This document shows positions 28,804-38,139 of a DNA stretch of 58,461 bases, piece after piece (position 1 is the stretch's first letter; the number at the start of each line of letters is the position of its first letter). This DNA comes from a virus (lineage: Duplodnaviria > Caudoviricetes). Made by a program: the position numbers and the translations under genes. The notes under the pieces were generated by a model that made no database searches, had not been told where the DNA came from, and worked only from the letters and a program-made list of their open reading frames with translations. The DNA is taken from the IMG/VR virus record IMGVR_UViG_3300044678_001332, positions 1 to 58,461 of that record; one strand, given 5' to 3'.

Positions 28804-29213
28804 TGGCATTAATTGTATTAAATAATTTAACTATTTCAGGTAATACAACATTTGCAGGTACAGATGGTTGGACTTGTAATAATTTAATTTGTACTGTAAC
28901 ACCACCAATTACTATAACTTTACAAAATAGTGTTACATATACTACTACAACATCTGCTCAATTAACAAGTGGAACTAATGCTTCAAGAATTACAATGGTA
29001 TCAAGTAGTGCTACTATTAGAGCAATTTGGACATTACAAAATGGAGCCTCTCAATCACTTACATATGTTAATGGTACAAGAATAGATTCATCATTAGGTC
29101 AAAGAGTATATACTTTTGGTGGTACTATTAGTACTACACCAGTTGGTGCTGAAACATTAAATTGGAGTTTGTTAGTTGCACCAGGTACAGTTGCATATAC
29201 ATTTGTAAATTAA
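28803..29213 (+). CDS. Beta-strand-rich fibre-associated protein
   Basis: 136 aa; visibly paralogous to 31143..31850. Confidence 0.55.
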   Translation: MALIVLNNLTISGNTTFAGTDGWTCNNLICTVTPPITITLQNSVTYTTTTSAQLTSGTNASRITMVSSSATIRAIWTLQNGASQSLTYVNGTRIDSSLGQRVYTFGGTISTTPVGAETLNWSLLVAPGTVAYTFVN

Positions 29214-29245
29214 TTTTAAGTATATTTGTAAAAAAGTAATAAGCT

Positions 29246-29488
29246 ATGACATACAAAATTATTTCTACAAGACAGTCAAAAGAAATATTATTTACTACAG
29301 TTGAATATAACTTTGATGGTGAAATTATTTCTAATGATGTTGCTCACTTTATGCCTCAATCACAAGAGGAAGTTGAACAAACTATTGTAAATAATGCTCA
29401 ATCTATTTTAGCTCAAAAAGAAGCTGAAGATAGAATTGCTACTATTATTCCATCACTATCTATTAACGAAATTAAAACTATTGAATAA
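29246..29488 (+). CDS. Small hypothetical protein (possible fibre assembly chaperone)
   Basis: 80 aa; TATATTTG at 29221. Confidence 0.5.
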   Translation: MTYKIISTRQSKEILFTTVEYNFDGEIISNDVAHFMPQSQEEVEQTIVNNAQSILAQKEAEDRIATIIPSLSINEIKTIE

Positions 29489-31140
29489 TGCCTACTTGGA
29501 CAGGATTAGGAGCAAATAATGATTGGAGTACAGGTGGAAACTGGGATACTGGTTCTGCACCAACAGCAGCTCAACCCGCTATATTTAATGGAGTAGGAAT
29601 TAGCGGTAATAAAAATTGCATTATTACATTAAATGCTACTTGTAGTGATTTTATATTAACAGGATATTCTGGTCAAATTCAATTTACAAATACTCTAACA
29701 GTAAATATGACAGCTACAGGAGGAAATATTACCTTTTCTGCTGCTCTTGGATTTTCAATGGTTGGACCTAATGGAATTAGTTATAATCTAAGTATAACAT
29801 CAACAACTCGTACAATAACAAGTAATGGATATTTCTTTAATCTTCCATTTTCAATGCTTGGAGTAGGCGGTTCAACTTTAATTTTAAATGGAGATTTTCA
29901 AGTAAGCAATTTTACTGGTTTTAATGTTAGCATAAATGGACCTGGAGAATTTAGAGTATCTGGAAATTGGTCTTCTACTGCACTTGGAACTGCGTTGAAA
30001 GTTCTTAATGGAAATGGCACTATGAATACTAATAGTGGTGCACAAAATCTTGTTATTAATGCTCCAGGATTTACTCGAATTTTTTCAGGAAATATATTCA
30101 TTACTAGTACTTTATTATGGATTGCTGGAACTACTGTTACAACTGGTTCTACATTTACATTTAATGGTATGACCAATATAAACATGGGAGGTATTGGACA
30201 ACCATTAAATAATGTTACATTTTTTAATGTAGTTGCTACCACTACTTTTGCAACCGATTTATATATATTAGGTAATTTTGCTACTGGAAATGCTAATGTA
30301 TACAATAGCCCAGGAAAGATATATGTAGCAGGAGATTTTTCTAGTCCTTTTGGATCACCTAGTGGTTCTGCTATAATAGAAATGAACGGAACTAGTAGTA
30401 CTATTTCAAATCCTACTAATCTCAATTTTATAATAAATACAGCAGGAGTAATTACTCTTGCCTCAACAGCTAGATTTAATGGAAATCTTACCTTAACAGC
30501 AGGAACATTAAATGTAACAAATCCGTTAAGAAAAAGTGGTGGACTTTTAACAATAACTAGTGGAATAACATTTACAGGAGGCGGAGATTTAATTTTTGTA
30601 GGATCTGTACCAGGTGTTGTTCATTCAGTAACATCAAATGGAATAACATGGCCTTATTCAATGCAAATTACGCCTGATGTTAATATCACCAACGATATAA
30701 TTACATTTAATGATACATTTACTGTTGCAGGAAACGTAACTTCTAATGCACCAATAGTATCTGCTAATACTCATACATTAAATGGTAGTAATTTACAAAT
30801 AAATGGTAATTTAATTATTAATCATACTGGAGGACTTTTAGGAACTTCAACTATAGTTTTACAAGGTTCTAGTAGTTCAAATTGGACTCATGTTGTAACA
30901 AGTCCTATACAAAATAATTTAACTATAAATAAAACTGGAGGAGCATCTGTTACAGTTTCAGGAAATATTACTTGGGGTGCAGCAAGTAGAACATTAAATT
31001 TAAATTCAAATGCAAATTTTACAACTAATAATGTAACATTAACATTATCAGGAACTCCATTAACTATAACAAATGCAAGTAATAGTCAATTTTATAATTT
31101 AACAACAGCAGCAGGAGCTCAAACAATTAATATAAATTAA
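29488..31140 (+). CDS. Beta-helix adhesin-like fibre/spike protein
   Basis: Starts W.G.G.NNDWST.GNW..G.AP, followed by G/N/T-rich beta-helix-like repeats. Confidence 0.6.
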   Translation: MPTWTGLGANNDWSTGGNWDTGSAPTAAQPAIFNGVGISGNKNCIITLNATCSDFILTGYSGQIQFTNTLTVNMTATGGNITFSAALGFSMVGPNGISYNLSITSTTRTITSNGYFFNLPFSMLGVGGSTLILNGDFQVSNFTGFNVSINGPGEFRVSGNWSSTALGTALKVLNGNGTMNTNSGAQNLVINAPGFTRIFSGNIFITSTLLWIAGTTVTTGSTFTFNGMTNINMGGIGQPLNNVTFFNVVATTTFATDLYILGNFATGNANVYNSPGKIYVAGDFSSPFGSPSGSAIIEMNGTSSTISNPTNLNFIINTAGVITLASTARFNGNLTLTAGTLNVTNPLRKSGGLLTITSGITFTGGGDLIFVGSVPGVVHSVTSNGITWPYSMQITPDVNITNDIITFNDTFTVAGNVTSNAPIVSANTHTLNGSNLQINGNLIINHTGGLLGTSTIVLQGSSSSNWTHVVTSPIQNNLTINKTGGASVTVSGNITWGAASRTLNLNSNANFTTNNVTLTLSGTPLTITNASNSQFYNLTTAAGAQTININ

Positions 31141-31142
31141 CA

Positions 31143-31850
31143 ATGGCTATAACTATAACAAATATATTAACAATAGGAGGTAATACTACTTTTAGTGGAA
31201 CTGGTGGAGGCTTTACAACTAAAGATTATATACAAACAGTTGCAGGTTCTACAGTTACACTAAAATCAGGAGCAACATATACTGTAACAGGACAATTAAC
31301 TATTACAGGAACAGCAACTCAAAGATGTACTTTAAAAGGTAGTGATACTTATACAGGAACAGGAACTGTTTCTGGAAATACATTAAGTACATCTGCTATA
31401 GTTACATTAGTTCCTCCAACTGCTCCTGCTACATACAATTATTTAATGAGTCAAAATGAAGCTAATGTAGGTGTATTAAAAAGACCAGTTGCTGGAATGA
31501 ATGTAGCACCAGTTACTGCTGTATCAAGTTTTCCTAGTGTAACAGCAGGTAGTGGTACAACATCATTAACTTTATCTAAATCATTTACAATGGGTATACC
31601 CTCAAGAGGAATAAAAATTGGATTAACTGCAAAATTTATTCATACTGCTGCTGGAGGAGATGCTGCTAGAAATATTAATTTTGTTAATACTTTTGATATA
31701 GATAGTGTAGGAAGTACTCAATCACCTATTAAAGCTGATAACTCTTATCAAAATAGAATAGGAATCCCTAATCCTAATTTATGGAGAACTGTTAATTGGG
31801 ATTCATTAAATCCATTAACACCATTAATTACAATAGCATATGTAGAATAA
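31143..31850 (+). CDS. Beta-strand-rich fibre-associated protein
   Basis: 235 aa; paralogous to 28803..29213. Confidence 0.55.
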   Translation: MAITITNILTIGGNTTFSGTGGGFTTKDYIQTVAGSTVTLKSGATYTVTGQLTITGTATQRCTLKGSDTYTGTGTVSGNTLSTSAIVTLVPPTAPATYNYLMSQNEANVGVLKRPVAGMNVAPVTAVSSFPSVTAGSGTTSLTLSKSFTMGIPSRGIKIGLTAKFIHTAAGGDAARNINFVNTFDIDSVGSTQSPIKADNSYQNRIGIPNPNLWRTVNWDSLNPLTPLITIAYVE

Positions 31851-31857
31851 AGTAAAT

Positions 31858-33207
31858 ATGTTTAGGTGTATATTAATCATATTATTTATATGCTCTAAAG
31901 TATATTCACAAGGTTCTAATACATGTGCAGGAGCAGCTGCTAATCCTATAACTTTACCATTCTTTGGTAACAATCAATCTACTTGTGGAGATGGAAATGA
32001 TTATACAGGAACTAATCCATGCATAACTACTCCCAATGGAACTTATTATGGAGGTCAAGATTGGATATATAGTTTTACTCCAACACAATCAGGCTATGTT
32101 AATATTGTAGTTAATGATATAATTCCTATAAGTGCATATCTAACAGTTACTTTATTTAATGCTTGTCCAGGTACTCCAAATGCTTGTATAGGATTTGTAC
32201 AATGTAACCCTTCTACTGTTGGTGGATCAATAGTTAGATATGTACAAGCAGGTGTAACCTATTATATTTTAATTGATGCATTTACTTGGACAAGTTTCTT
32301 TTCTAACTGTGGACAATTTGATTTGAATGTTCAATTTACACCTGTAATTCCACAATCTTCTTGTACTAACATAAGCTTTAATAGTAATAATTTTACAGGT
32401 TGGGTTGGTACAACAGGATTATCTATAATGTCAAATCTTGGTTCACAAACACCTAATTATAACTCAACTGCATTAGGTATAGTTGGAGGAAGACATACTA
32501 TAATGGCAGGTGGTACTGATCCATGTGGTGGTTTTCCTAGAGTAGATCCATTAGGAGCACCTATTTCAGTTAGATTAGGTAATAATAATGTTAGTTCAGA
32601 AGCAGAACAACTAACACAAACCTTTATGGTATCTGCTAGTAACAATAGTTTTACATATAGATATGCTGTTGTATTTGAAGATCCAGGACATAATTCTAAT
32701 GAGCAACCATTCTTTAGAGCTTTATTAAGAGATCAAAATGGCAACATTATTCCATGTTCTGAATTTGTGGTATCTGCAGCAGGAAACTTACCTGGTTTCT
32801 TTAATTCTCCAACATGTACTGGAGTTAGATATAAACCTTGGAGCACTGTTAATGTTGATTTAGATAACTATATAGGACAAGCAGTTACTGCTGAATTTAC
32901 CACTGGTGATTGTTCACAAGGAGCTCATTATGGTTATGCTTATATAGATGCTCAATGTTCTCAGTCATTCTTAAATTCATATCCTGATACTATATGTGTT
33001 GGAGAAAGTGTTACATTAACTGCACCTAATGGTTATCAATCTTATAGTTGGTTACCAACTAATCAAACTACACAAAGTATTAATGTTACACCATCAACTA
33101 GTACTACATATCAATTAAATTTAGTTTCATTTAATGGATGTGTAAGAACAGTACAATTACCTATTGTAGTTGTACCAGACCCTACAGCAGTTATATACAC
33201 AAACTAG
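31858..33207 (+). CDS. Secreted Cys-rich protein resembling Bacteroidota T9SS-substrate passenger domains
   Basis: Signal peptide; RLGN...AEQL...FTYRYAVVFEDPGH...EQPFF domain; C-terminal TICVGESVTLTAP...YSW...T.SINV.P..T.Y Ig-like repeat. Confidence 0.65.
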   Translation: MFRCILIILFICSKVYSQGSNTCAGAAANPITLPFFGNNQSTCGDGNDYTGTNPCITTPNGTYYGGQDWIYSFTPTQSGYVNIVVNDIIPISAYLTVTLFNACPGTPNACIGFVQCNPSTVGGSIVRYVQAGVTYYILIDAFTWTSFFSNCGQFDLNVQFTPVIPQSSCTNISFNSNNFTGWVGTTGLSIMSNLGSQTPNYNSTALGIVGGRHTIMAGGTDPCGGFPRVDPLGAPISVRLGNNNVSSEAEQLTQTFMVSASNNSFTYRYAVVFEDPGHNSNEQPFFRALLRDQNGNIIPCSEFVVSAAGNLPGFFNSPTCTGVRYKPWSTVNVDLDNYIGQAVTAEFTTGDCSQGAHYGYAYIDAQCSQSFLNSYPDTICVGESVTLTAPNGYQSYSWLPTNQTTQSINVTPSTSTTYQLNLVSFNGCVRTVQLPIVVVPDPTAVIYTN

Positions 33208-33291
33208 GTAGATTAAGTAGCACAATTTTTGATTATATTTGCATTGAAATAAGATGTTTTATAAGGACAAAGGATTTTAAATCTTAACCTT

Positions 33292-33759
33292 ATGAAATAT
33301 AAATTTGTATTTTCATTCTTATTTATAAGTTTTTTGTCTATTAATAGACCACCTGAACCATTGGTTAATGGTGAAACTAGAATTGTACCTATTATAGAGA
33401 ATGAAGATTTGGGTCCTAAGTATTGGTACATAAGGACTATCAAACTATATTATAAAGATAAGATGCCTCGTAGCATAGAACTTAGGAAAGGTCCTCCTAT
33501 AGACTCCTATTGTTCTGATGAGACTGATTTAACTTTCTATTCTAACTCAGACTCTTTAACTATTAAAAGTTATAGACAACTATCTTGTGAAATATTAGCA
33601 ATATATAATCTTTCAGAAAGAGATTCTGAATGGTTAAAATCTTATTTAGTATATAGGCTTAAGATTCACAACATAATTACTGAAAATAAGTATTATGTAA
33701 ACATAGATGATGTATCTTATTTTAAGAACTTATTCACTAAATATAATGTAAACTATTAG
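33292..33759 (+). CDS. Hypothetical protein with N-terminal hydrophobic segment
   Basis: Starts MKYKFVFSFLFISFLS; TATATTTG at 33234. Confidence 0.55.
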   Translation: MKYKFVFSFLFISFLSINRPPEPLVNGETRIVPIIENEDLGPKYWYIRTIKLYYKDKMPRSIELRKGPPIDSYCSDETDLTFYSNSDSLTIKSYRQLSCEILAIYNLSERDSEWLKSYLVYRLKIHNIITENKYYVNIDDVSYFKNLFTKYNVNY

Positions 33760-33807
33760 GTAGAATTGGTAATTTGTATATTAAGTATATTTGTTAAAAG
33801 ATTTGTT

Positions 33808-34368
33808 ATGAAAAATTTGCTATTGTCATTAATTTTTATATTGGTAAATGTTACACTATTTGCTCAAGTACCAACACCTAATGTTGCTGATGGACAAGTA
33901 GTGTGTCCTAATGAGATGCATTACTATGGAGACCAAGTAGTTAATCCTACTTCAACATACACCTTTAGTATTGTACCTGCACAAACCTTTACTACTGTTG
34001 GACAACAAATACAAGTTACTTGGACTACACCTGGAGTATATACTATGACTATGACAGAAACTAACTCTGCAGGTTGTCAATTTGTAACTATTGCTCAAAT
34101 TACTGTACAACCTACTGTCATTGCTACAATAGATCCAATAGTAGTATGTCAAGATGGTGCTGATGTAGTTATTACAGGACAGAATCTTGGTGTTAATCCT
34201 ATATTCAATGGAGTTGGAGTATTTGGAAATGTTTTTGATCCTACAGGATTAGCTCCTGGAATCTATAATATAAATGTTAGTTCTCAAACAACAAATGGCT
34301 GTTTAATTATTGGATCAGGAACAGCTACTATAAACCCTTTACCAACTGGAATTATATACACTGATTGA
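33808..34368 (+). CDS. Secreted PKD/Ig-like repeat protein
   Basis: ATG at 33808 gives signal peptide MKNLLLSLIFILVNVTLFAQ; I.VTWTTPGVY...TETN..GC and FDP..L.PG.Y repeats. Confidence 0.65.
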   Translation: MKNLLLSLIFILVNVTLFAQVPTPNVADGQVVCPNEMHYYGDQVVNPTSTYTFSIVPAQTFTTVGQQIQVTWTTPGVYTMTMTETNSAGCQFVTIAQITVQPTVIATIDPIVVCQDGADVVITGQNLGVNPIFNGVGVFGNVFDPTGLAPGIYNINVSSQTTNGCLIIGSGTATINPLPTGIIYTD

Positions 34369-34934
34369 TGAAATATATACTGTTTGTATTTATTTATTTA
34401 TCTAGTTTAAATATAAATTCACAAACAACAATAAAAGAATATGAGATATGTGATGAGTATTTAAATAAAGAGATTAGAGCTGTTACTAATAGCAACTCTA
34501 TTATTTGGGATGTTAATCCTGAGATACCATATCAGGTTAATAGTGATATTATGTATATTACTTTTAACAATATAGGTACTTATGTGATAACTGCTGAATT
34601 TAATAATGGTCTTTGCTATGCAGAGGATAAACTAATTATTAGAATAATAGAGTGCACTGAAACATTTATCTACTTTCCTAATGTATTTACTCCTGATAAT
34701 GATAGAAACAATGATAACTTTGGAGCTTATGGTGTAAACGTACTAGACTTTACAATGCTTGTATTTAATAGGTGGGGAGAAATTATTTTCCGTGCAGAAG
34801 ATATTAATGACAGGTGGAATGGATTTTATAAAGGCAGGCTTTGCCAGAATGATGTATATGTTTACAAGGTAACTTACAAGAATACCAAGGGTAAACAATT
34901 TACTAAAATTGGTAGAGTGGCATTAATAAATTAA
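34368..34934 (+). CDS. T9SS type-B C-terminal sorting domain protein (gliding-motility-associated CTD, CHU_C-like)
   Basis: Signal peptide plus FPNVFTPDND..ND.F...VFNRWGE..F....WNG.YKG...DVYVY....G.V.LI. Confidence 0.85.
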   Translation: MKYILFVFIYLSSLNINSQTTIKEYEICDEYLNKEIRAVTNSNSIIWDVNPEIPYQVNSDIMYITFNNIGTYVITAEFNNGLCYAEDKLIIRIIECTETFIYFPNVFTPDNDRNNDNFGAYGVNVLDFTMLVFNRWGEIIFRAEDINDRWNGFYKGRLCQNDVYVYKVTYKNTKGKQFTKIGRVALIN

Positions 34935-34950
34935 CCTAACCTAACCTAAC

Positions 34951-35259
34951 ATGGAACAACCTATTCTTTTAGCACTTATAGCTCTTGGATCAGCTCTGGT
35001 AACAGTTCTGATACCAAGATTATTTACTAGAAAAAAAGATACAGTAGATATGTTTGCTGAATTACAAGAAAGATTGTATGCAGAAATAGAAAGACTTGAG
35101 AAAAAAATAACAGTACTTGAAAAACGTGAAGCTGAATCTGCTCAACTAGAAACAAAACTTATTAGTAGAATTGCAGAGTTAGAACAGCAAAATGTATTTC
35201 AAGCAATAGAAATAGATAGATTAAAAACAGAACTTAATAAATATGTCAAAAATAATTGA
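34951..35259 (+). CDS. Membrane-anchored coiled-coil protein of the lysis cassette (holin/antiholin-like)
   Basis: N-terminal TM helix then coiled coil, upstream of the endolysin. Confidence 0.45.
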   Translation: MEQPILLALIALGSALVTVLIPRLFTRKKDTVDMFAELQERLYAEIERLEKKITVLEKREAESAQLETKLISRIAELEQQNVFQAIEIDRLKTELNKYVKNN

Positions 35260-35500
35260 GAAAATGTTTACTGATTCCTTTAATGGAAGTAATGGTAAGG
35301 TTGACCATAAAAGGTTAACTGTATTTGCATTTGTAATAATGTTCTTTGTAACAACAACTATTGTGTTGTATAAAAAGAATACTATAGCTAATGCAGCTCT
35401 TGTAGAAACAATACTAATTACTATGACTTCTGTTATATTAGGAGGGATGGGATTAACTAAAATAAAAACAACAACTAAACAAGTAGATAATGAAACTTAG
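35243..35500 (+). CDS. Putative holin
   Basis: 85 aa, two hydrophobic helices, charged C-terminus, immediately before the endolysin. Confidence 0.55.
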   Translation: MSKIIEKMFTDSFNGSNGKVDHKRLTVFAFVIMFFVTTTIVLYKKNTIANAALVETILITMTSVILGGMGLTKIKTTTKQVDNET

Positions 35501-36002
35501 TAAAAACTTTAGTCTGGAGGAAATGACAAAATCTCCTTCAGCTGTTAGGTGGGGATTTGATGAGCAATTTAATCCTCCTGATGAAGTAATAAACAATTTA
35601 ACTCTGTTGTGTACTAAAGTATTACAACCTATTAGAGATAGTCTTAAATCATCTATTACAATAACTTCTGGTTATAGATGTCCTAGATTAAATGCAAAGA
35701 TAGGCGGTGCTTATAGTATTATCAATGGTAAACCTGTACAGACTTCACAACACTGTTATGGTCAGGCTGCAGATATTAACTTTATTAAAGATGGTAAAGA
35801 GTTTAATGGCTCTTTAGTTATGATTATTAAAGACTTGTGTGCAGATCCTAGTTTTAAATTTGATCAGTGTATATTAGAGTTTGGTACAGATGACAATCCT
35901 GCTTGGATTCACATTTCTTATACAGAAGGAAATAACAGAATGCAAGTATTAAGAGCATATAAATCTGGTAAAAAAACTTTATATAAAACACACAAACTAT
36001 GA
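35490..36002 (+). CDS. Endolysin, peptidase M15 family
   Basis: KLSKNFSLEE, ITSGYRC..LN..IGG, SQH..GQAAD, WIHIS. Confidence 0.85.
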   Translation: MKLSKNFSLEEMTKSPSAVRWGFDEQFNPPDEVINNLTLLCTKVLQPIRDSLKSSITITSGYRCPRLNAKIGGAYSIINGKPVQTSQHCYGQAADINFIKDGKEFNGSLVMIIKDLCADPSFKFDQCILEFGTDDNPAWIHISYTEGNNRMQVLRAYKSGKKTLYKTHKL

Positions 36003-36574
36003 GCAAAAATAAATCTTGGTTTACTTTAGAGAGAATAGTAATATTAGTATTACTACTTCTCTTGCTACTACTACAACAATGCCACAAGTCTTGTCAAAAA
36101 GAACCTTGGGAAGTTATTAAAACAACAGTTAAAACTTACAGAGATACTGTTACTGTTGTAAAAGTTGACACTGTTATTAAACGTGTTACACTTAAAGTAC
36201 CTATACCTGTACCTGCACCTGAAGATACTACTATTAATGTGTATACTCAAGAACATTCTGATAGTTCTTTAGATGCTACTTTTATTACTAAAGTCGATGG
36301 TATATTAGTAAACTCTGATTTTAAATACAAGTTAAAAGTACCTAAAGAAATACTTACTACCATTGTTCAAAAAGATACTATAACTCAAACTGTTAAACAA
36401 CAAAAGAATGTATTAGCTATGGGATTTATTTTAGCAGGTAGTCAATTTAACAACAACTTTGATGCTGGTATGGGTATAACTTTTTATCACAAAAAAGGTT
36501 ATCTTTACCAGCTGAACTATCTACCACTGTCAAAGACAGTTGTTGTAGGTTTTTCTTACCAATTAAATAGATAG
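35999..36574 (+). CDS. Spanin-like membrane protein
   Basis: N-terminal TM plus Cys, DTV repeats, C-terminal beta strands ending VGFSYQL; follows the endolysin. Confidence 0.45.
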   Translation: MSKNKSWFTLERIVILVLLLLLLLLQQCHKSCQKEPWEVIKTTVKTYRDTVTVVKVDTVIKRVTLKVPIPVPAPEDTTINVYTQEHSDSSLDATFITKVDGILVNSDFKYKLKVPKEILTTIVQKDTITQTVKQQKNVLAMGFILAGSQFNNNFDAGMGITFYHKKGYLYQLNYLPLSKTVVVGFSYQLNR

Positions 36575-36576
36575 AC

Positions 36577-37329
36577 ATGATAACATTAAATGAAATGATT
36601 TATCAGATATATGAAGCTCTTCAGATTTCATCTGATGATACTTCACTAGATAAACGTCTAATTAAAGATTTAATTAATCAAGAAAGAGCTAATTGGATTA
36701 GGAAGGAACATAACAAGAATAGAAGTATTGATGATAATATTATTCAAGACTTAGGTTGTGTACCTATGTCTTTAGTTAATAGACAATCTGATAATTGTTG
36801 TGATGTATTTATTGATTGTAAAATACTTAGATCTACTAATAAGATTCCTAATGCTATTGAATTAAACCATGAAAAAACTATTACAAGAATTGCATCTGTG
36901 GATTTTATGTCAATTCCCATTTATTTTATGGATTATGATCATGCTGTTTACTATGGTAATGGTAGATATAATAAAAAAGCCTTAGGTGCTTTTATTAAAA
37001 ATAATTATCTATATATAGTTTATGCTAAAGGGAGTTACAACAAACTCATTGAAAAGTTAAATATTCAAGGAGTATTTGAAGATCCTACAGAAGCTGCAAC
37101 ATATACAACTTGTGATGGTGCTCCATGTTTTAGTTGGGATAGCAGATATCCTATTAATGCTTGGATGTGGCAAACACTTGTTAAACCTGCTGTTCTTAAT
37201 GAATTGAGAACTAAGAGAACTCTTTATAGAGATGAGAATAACAATGCTAAGGATGATGCTATACCATCAGTAGCAGCTAACTTTACACAAGCTGGTACTG
37301 ATCCTGGTCAAAACAAACAACAAGAATGA
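36577..37329 (+). CDS. Tail ring/adaptor protein (crAss-like)
   Basis: TLNE.IY.I...SDD, R..WI, GVFEDP...C...YPI pattern. Confidence 0.6.
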   Translation: MITLNEMIYQIYEALQISSDDTSLDKRLIKDLINQERANWIRKEHNKNRSIDDNIIQDLGCVPMSLVNRQSDNCCDVFIDCKILRSTNKIPNAIELNHEKTITRIASVDFMSIPIYFMDYDHAVYYGNGRYNKKALGAFIKNNYLYIVYAKGSYNKLIEKLNIQGVFEDPTEAATYTTCDGAPCFSWDSRYPINAWMWQTLVKPAVLNELRTKRTLYRDENNNAKDDAIPSVAANFTQAGTDPGQNKQQE

Positions 37330-37850
37330 CAAGAAAAGATTCTAAAAATAAGTTTGATATAAATATTGGTTATGATAATATCTATAACCACTATAAGAAA
37401 ACATCATCATCTTCTATTAGTAAAGAAAAGTATAATGCTGTATTCAATGATGTTTTTAATGAACTAATGGATATGGTAATTAAGAAAGGTTATAATCTTA
37501 AGTTTCCACATAAGTTTGGAAGTCTTGAAATACAAAAGAAGAAACAAAAAATAGTTTACAATACAGATGGTACTGTAAACAAAATTTGTTATAAAGTAGA
37601 TTGGAAGGGTACTAAGGAGTACTGGAATAAAATATATGGTAACCTATCTACAGAAGAATTAAAGAATATAACTAACAAACCTAAAATATATTGTAAAAAT
37701 AAATACAGGATGAAGTTTAAATATATCAAGAATGATGCTTGTTATAAAGGTAAATCATTAGTGATGTTTATACCTACTAGAAAGTGGTGTAGAGAACTAG
37801 CTAATCATTTAAAAACTAATCCTTATGCTACAGATTATAAAGAACAATAA
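37326..37850 (+). CDS. IHF-like protein of the crAss-like tail module
   Basis: KFPHKFGSLEI.K, VDW..TK..W, F.PTR...R.LA; synteny. Confidence 0.6.
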   Translation: MTRKDSKNKFDINIGYDNIYNHYKKTSSSSISKEKYNAVFNDVFNELMDMVIKKGYNLKFPHKFGSLEIQKKKQKIVYNTDGTVNKICYKVDWKGTKEYWNKIYGNLSTEELKNITNKPKIYCKNKYRMKFKYIKNDACYKGKSLVMFIPTRKWCRELANHLKTNPYATDYKEQ

Positions 37851-37852
37851 TT

Positions 37853-38131
37853 ATGCACTTAATAGAAAAAACTATGGATAAAAAACATAACCGTTGGGAA
37901 AAATCTGAAACTGCTGACGGTATCACAAAGAGAGTTTGTGTAGAACAAGTTGAGAATGGTTTTGTAATTACTATGGAGAAATATGGTTCATCTGGTGAAG
38001 ATGAAAAATATACTAGTGAATGTAAGAAATACATCTCTAAAAAAAATCCATTAGAAGGTCAAAATCCTAAAACAGAAGATGAGTCTTATGAAGATAAGAT
38101 TCTTGATGGTCTAGAAAATCTTTCATTTTAA
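37853..38131 (+). CDS. Hypothetical protein
   Basis: 92 aa with V.QVENGF.I motif. Confidence 0.55.
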   Translation: MHLIEKTMDKKHNRWEKSETADGITKRVCVEQVENGFVITMEKYGSSGEDEKYTSECKKYISKKNPLEGQNPKTEDESYEDKILDGLENLSF

Positions 38132-38139
38132 TATAAACT

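Noticed and set aside
26851-31850. Diversity-generating retroelement acting on fibre genes
   Set aside because: No reverse transcriptase in the window, and no near-identical repeat pair differing at adenines was seen.
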